From: Vibrio vulnificus CMCP6
GTDB lineage: Bacteria; Pseudomonadota; Gammaproteobacteria; Enterobacterales; Vibrionaceae
DNA length: 32,000 nucleotides
Assembly: GCF_000039765.1 (NCBI RefSeq)
Contig: NC_004459.3
Location: 1,680,001-1,712,000, forward strand
Direction: 5' to 3'
Below are positions 29,625 to 32,000 of the stretch, piece after piece (position 1 is the first letter of the stretch; each line of letters starts with the position of its first letter). Under the pieces are notes generated by a model. The model was not told the DNA's origin, made no database searches, and saw only the letters and a list, made by a program, of their open reading frames with translations. The translations under genes and the position numbers were made by a program.

Positions 29625-29762
29625 ATGCAATGGTGGCGAAAGTGGTTAAAACGTTATGATAACTGGTGTAAAGAGATGGGATTAACGCCTGAACAAAAGC
29701 GCAGTTGTGTTCCGTACAAAAAAGATCCAGCGCGAGAAAAGAAAAGCGATGAAACTGTTTGA
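29625..29762 (+). CDS. Small 45-aa ORF, possibly DUF5363-like; not in the supplied ORF track
   Basis: MQWWRKVVKRYDNWCKEMGLTPEQKRSCVPYKKDPAREKKSDETV*; RBS AAGGAAG; 3' end overlaps the next gene start. Confidence 0.6.
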   Translation: MQWWRKWLKRYDNWCKEMGLTPEQKRSCVPYKKDPAREKKSDETV

Positions 29763-30546
29763 TACGCATTGCCATCTCGATTTTGACGTTTTCGAACCAG
29801 CGCGCTCACAGCATCTTCAAAGAGGGCTTGAGGTCGGTGTAGAACGTTTGTTACTGCCATCCGTTGGTCCCGATAACTGGCAAAAAGTAAAAACACTGGC
29901 GCAATGGTCTGCAATGCCATCTGAACAGACTCGGCCTGCAATCTTTTATGCGTTGGGCTTTCATCCCTATTTTTTGACGTTGGATTATCAGCAAAAACAA
30001 AGTGCTCTTCTGGCTTTGTTGGACGAGCGTGACACTCGCTGTGTAGCCATCGGGGAATGCGGTTTGGATGATGGGGTTGAACAAGACACGGCATTGCAAG
30101 AGCAGGCGTTGAACTACCAGCTCGATTTGGCCAAGCAGTATCAACTGCCGGTTATTTTGCACAATCGACGATGTCACAATCGACTCATTCAATTAGTCAA
30201 AGCGGCTCGGCTACCAAAAGGCGGCGTTATCCATGCGTTTTCTGGTAGCTATGAGCAGGGAATGGAGTGGGTACGTTTGGGTTTTTATCTTGGGGTCGGG
30301 GGAACCATTACCTACCCCAGAGCGAACAAAACGCGCCAAGCGATCAGTCGACTCCCTTTAGAAAAACTGCTGCTTGAAACCGATGCGCCAGATATGCCGA
30401 TATTTGGCTTTCAAGGAAAGCTCAATACACCCGCTCAGATTATTCATCCACTAAATGAGTTGGGTTTGTTGCATAATCAAACAAAGCAAACGATTGCCTC
30501 TCAAATCTGGAAAAATAGCAATTCTCTGTTCTCTATCTGTGAATGA
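29749..30546 (+). CDS. yjjV: TatD-family metal-dependent hydrolase, YjjV-like
   Basis: MKLFDTHCHLDFDVF, ALGFHPYF, AIGECGLD, GVGGTITYPRANKTRQAISRLPLEKLLLETDAPDMP. Confidence 0.92.
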   Translation: MKLFDTHCHLDFDVFEPARSQHLQRGLEVGVERLLLPSVGPDNWQKVKTLAQWSAMPSEQTRPAIFYALGFHPYFLTLDYQQKQSALLALLDERDTRCVAIGECGLDDGVEQDTALQEQALNYQLDLAKQYQLPVILHNRRCHNRLIQLVKAARLPKGGVIHAFSGSYEQGMEWVRLGFYLGVGGTITYPRANKTRQAISRLPLEKLLLETDAPDMPIFGFQGKLNTPAQIIHPLNELGLLHNQTKQTIASQIWKNSNSLFSICE

Positions 30547-30590
30547 AATCTAAAAAACTTGTTTAAAGAAAATCTCGTTCGGTATGTTAT

Positions 30591-30606
30591 TGTGAGTTTA
30601 CTCACA
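30591..30606. promoter_or_regulatory. CRP-like binding site upstream of nupC
   Basis: TGTGAgtttacTCACA, exact consensus half sites with 6-bp spacing. Confidence 0.7.
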
Positions 30607-30655
30607 AATGGAGGTGAATTAGCGATGAATCTTATGGGAAAGTGTGAAGGTGGCA

Positions 30656-30685
30656 TTACTTTAATTATTGGGGCATGAGTATAAT
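30656..30685 (+). promoter_or_regulatory. Probable nupC promoter
   Basis: TATAAT at 30680-30685 with a weak -35 (TTACTT) about 18 bp upstream. Confidence 0.5.
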
Positions 30686-30751
30686 GGCCCCCGCTTAATA
30701 GCTCCATTTTGTAACACGCCAATAAATAACTTAATAAGGAAGTCATAAACT

Positions 30752-32000
30752 ATGAGCCTGTTTATGAGCCTAGTCGGTATGGCAGTATTGCTAGGAATTG
30801 CATTACTACTGTCAGATAACCGTAAAGCTATCAATCTTAGAACTGTGGCTGGCGCTTTTGCTATCCAATTCATCATCGGTGGTTTCGTTCTTTACGTACC
30901 ATGGGGTCGTGATCTACTAGCGGGTTTCTCTGCTGGTGTTCAAAACGTGATCGACTATGGTAAAGACGGTACTGGTTTCTTGTTCGGCAGCCTAGTTAAC
31001 TTCTCAGTTGACGGTATCGGCTTCATCTTTGCTTTCCAAGTACTACCAACACTGATTTTCTTCTCAGCACTTATCTCTGTACTTTACTACATTGGTGTGA
31101 TGCAGTGGGTTATCAAGATCCTAGGTGGCGGCCTTCAGAAAGCACTAGGTACTTCTCGTGCCGAGTCAATGTCTGCAGCAGCTAACATCTTCGTTGGTCA
31201 AACTGAAGCGCCACTAGTGGTTCGTCCGTTTGTACCAAAAATGACTCAATCTGAGCTATTTGCAGTAATGTGTGGTGGTCTAGCGTCTGTTGCTGGTGGT
31301 GTACTAGCAGGTTACGCATCTATGGGTGTACCTCTAGAGTACCTTGTAGCAGCATCATTCATGGCAGCACCTGGTGGTCTACTGTTCGCTAAAATCATCA
31401 AACCAGAAGTTGATACTCCAAATGAAAGCTTGGAAGACAACATTGATGGTGGTGACGACAAGCCAGCTAACGTTATCGACGCAGCAGCAGGCGGTGCATC
31501 AGTTGGTCTACAACTAGCACTAAACGTTGGTGCAATGCTACTCGCATTCGTTGGTCTAATCGCACTAGTTAACGGCATCCTAGGTGGTGTTGGTGGTTGG
31601 TTTGGCATGGAAAACCTAACTCTAGAACTTATTCTAGGTTGGTTGTTCGCGCCGCTAGCATTCCTAATCGGTGTTCCATGGGCTGAAGCAACATTTGCTG
31701 GTTCTTTCATCGGTCAAAAACTGGTTGTAAACGAATTCGTAGCTTACCTAAACTTCGTACCTTACGTTGGTGATGCAGCACAAGTTGTTCCAGCAACAGG
31801 TCAAGTAATGTCTGAGAAGACTCAAGCAATCATCGCCTTCGCTCTATGTGGTTTCGCAAACCTTTCTTCTATCGCGATTCTACTTGGTGGTCTAGGTAGC
31901 CTTGCTCCTGCTCGTCGTCACGACATCGCTCGTATGGGTGTTAAAGCGGTTGCAGCGGGTACGCTATCTAACCTAATGGCAGCGACCATTGCTGGCTTCT
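30752..32000 (+). CDS. nupC: NupC-family concentrative nucleoside transporter, 3' end outside window
   Basis: [32 protein letters not shown]...[45 protein letters not shown]. Absent from the ORF track because no stop occurs before the window end. Confidence 0.93.
   Translation, partial: MSLFMSLVGMAVLLGIALLLSDNRKAINLRTVAGAFAIQFIIGGFVLYVPWGRDLLAGFSAGVQNVIDYGKDGTGFLFGSLVNFSVDGIGFIFAFQVLPTLIFFSALISVLYYIGVMQWVIKILGGGLQKALGTSRAESMSAAANIFVGQTEAPLVVRPFVPKMTQSELFAVMCGGLASVAGGVLAGYASMGVPLEYLVAASFMAAPGGLLFAKIIKPEVDTPNESLEDNIDGGDDKPANVIDAAAGGASVGLQLALNVGAMLLAFVGLIALVNGILGGVGGWFGMENLTLELILGWLFAPLAFLIGVPWAEATFAGSFIGQKLVVNEFVAYLNFVPYVGDAAQVVPATGQVMSEKTQAIIAFALCGFANLSSIAILLGGLGSLAPARRHDIARMGVKAVAAGTLSNLMAATIAGF

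Noticed and set aside
31312-31710. Minus-strand ORF in the nupC region
   Set aside because: The plus-strand frame from 30752 encodes an unmistakable NupC transporter; the antisense ORF is a shadow.

Overview
This is a Vibrio-like chromosomal window (organism inferred from gene content and protein resemblance only). The backbone runs: infB (5' truncated by the window), rbfA, truB, rpsO, pnp, nlpI, a marR/MATE-efflux pair, ubiV/ubiU (-), a GGDEF-EAL gene (-), ubiT, yhbS, holD, rimI, a second GGDEF-EAL gene (-), a GGDEF gene, prfC, a small ORF, yjjV/TatD-family, and nupC (3' truncated). Two insertions interrupt the rbfA-truB-rpsO-pnp region. (1) A complete 1430-bp IS4-subgroup element lies at 3509..4938. 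It has near-perfect 18-bp terminal inverted repeats and an exact 11-bp target duplication (GGCACAGAGGC), and it sits in the loop of what was a perfect 12-bp-stem terminator between truB and rpsO. (2) A roughly 7-kb accessory module lies between rpsO and pnp. It encodes a ~1180-aa PAAR + MIX/VasX-N-like protein with a hydrophobic C-terminal region, a probable polymorphic type VI secretion effector. Directly downstream, with a 1-bp overlap, are four tandem paralogous membrane-protein genes (likely immunity proteins) and a truncated fifth copy. The array shows mosaicism: copy 3 has a copy-4-like 5' half and a copy-1-like 3' half plus the copy-1 downstream spacer. It also has a central segment identical in all four proteins and an expanded in-frame GGAGCG hexamer repeat. 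This effector/immunity array is the most interesting part of the window. The paralog family and the effector's C-terminal domain are not ones I can name, and no database search was possible. No CRISPR array, tRNA or rRNA was recognised.
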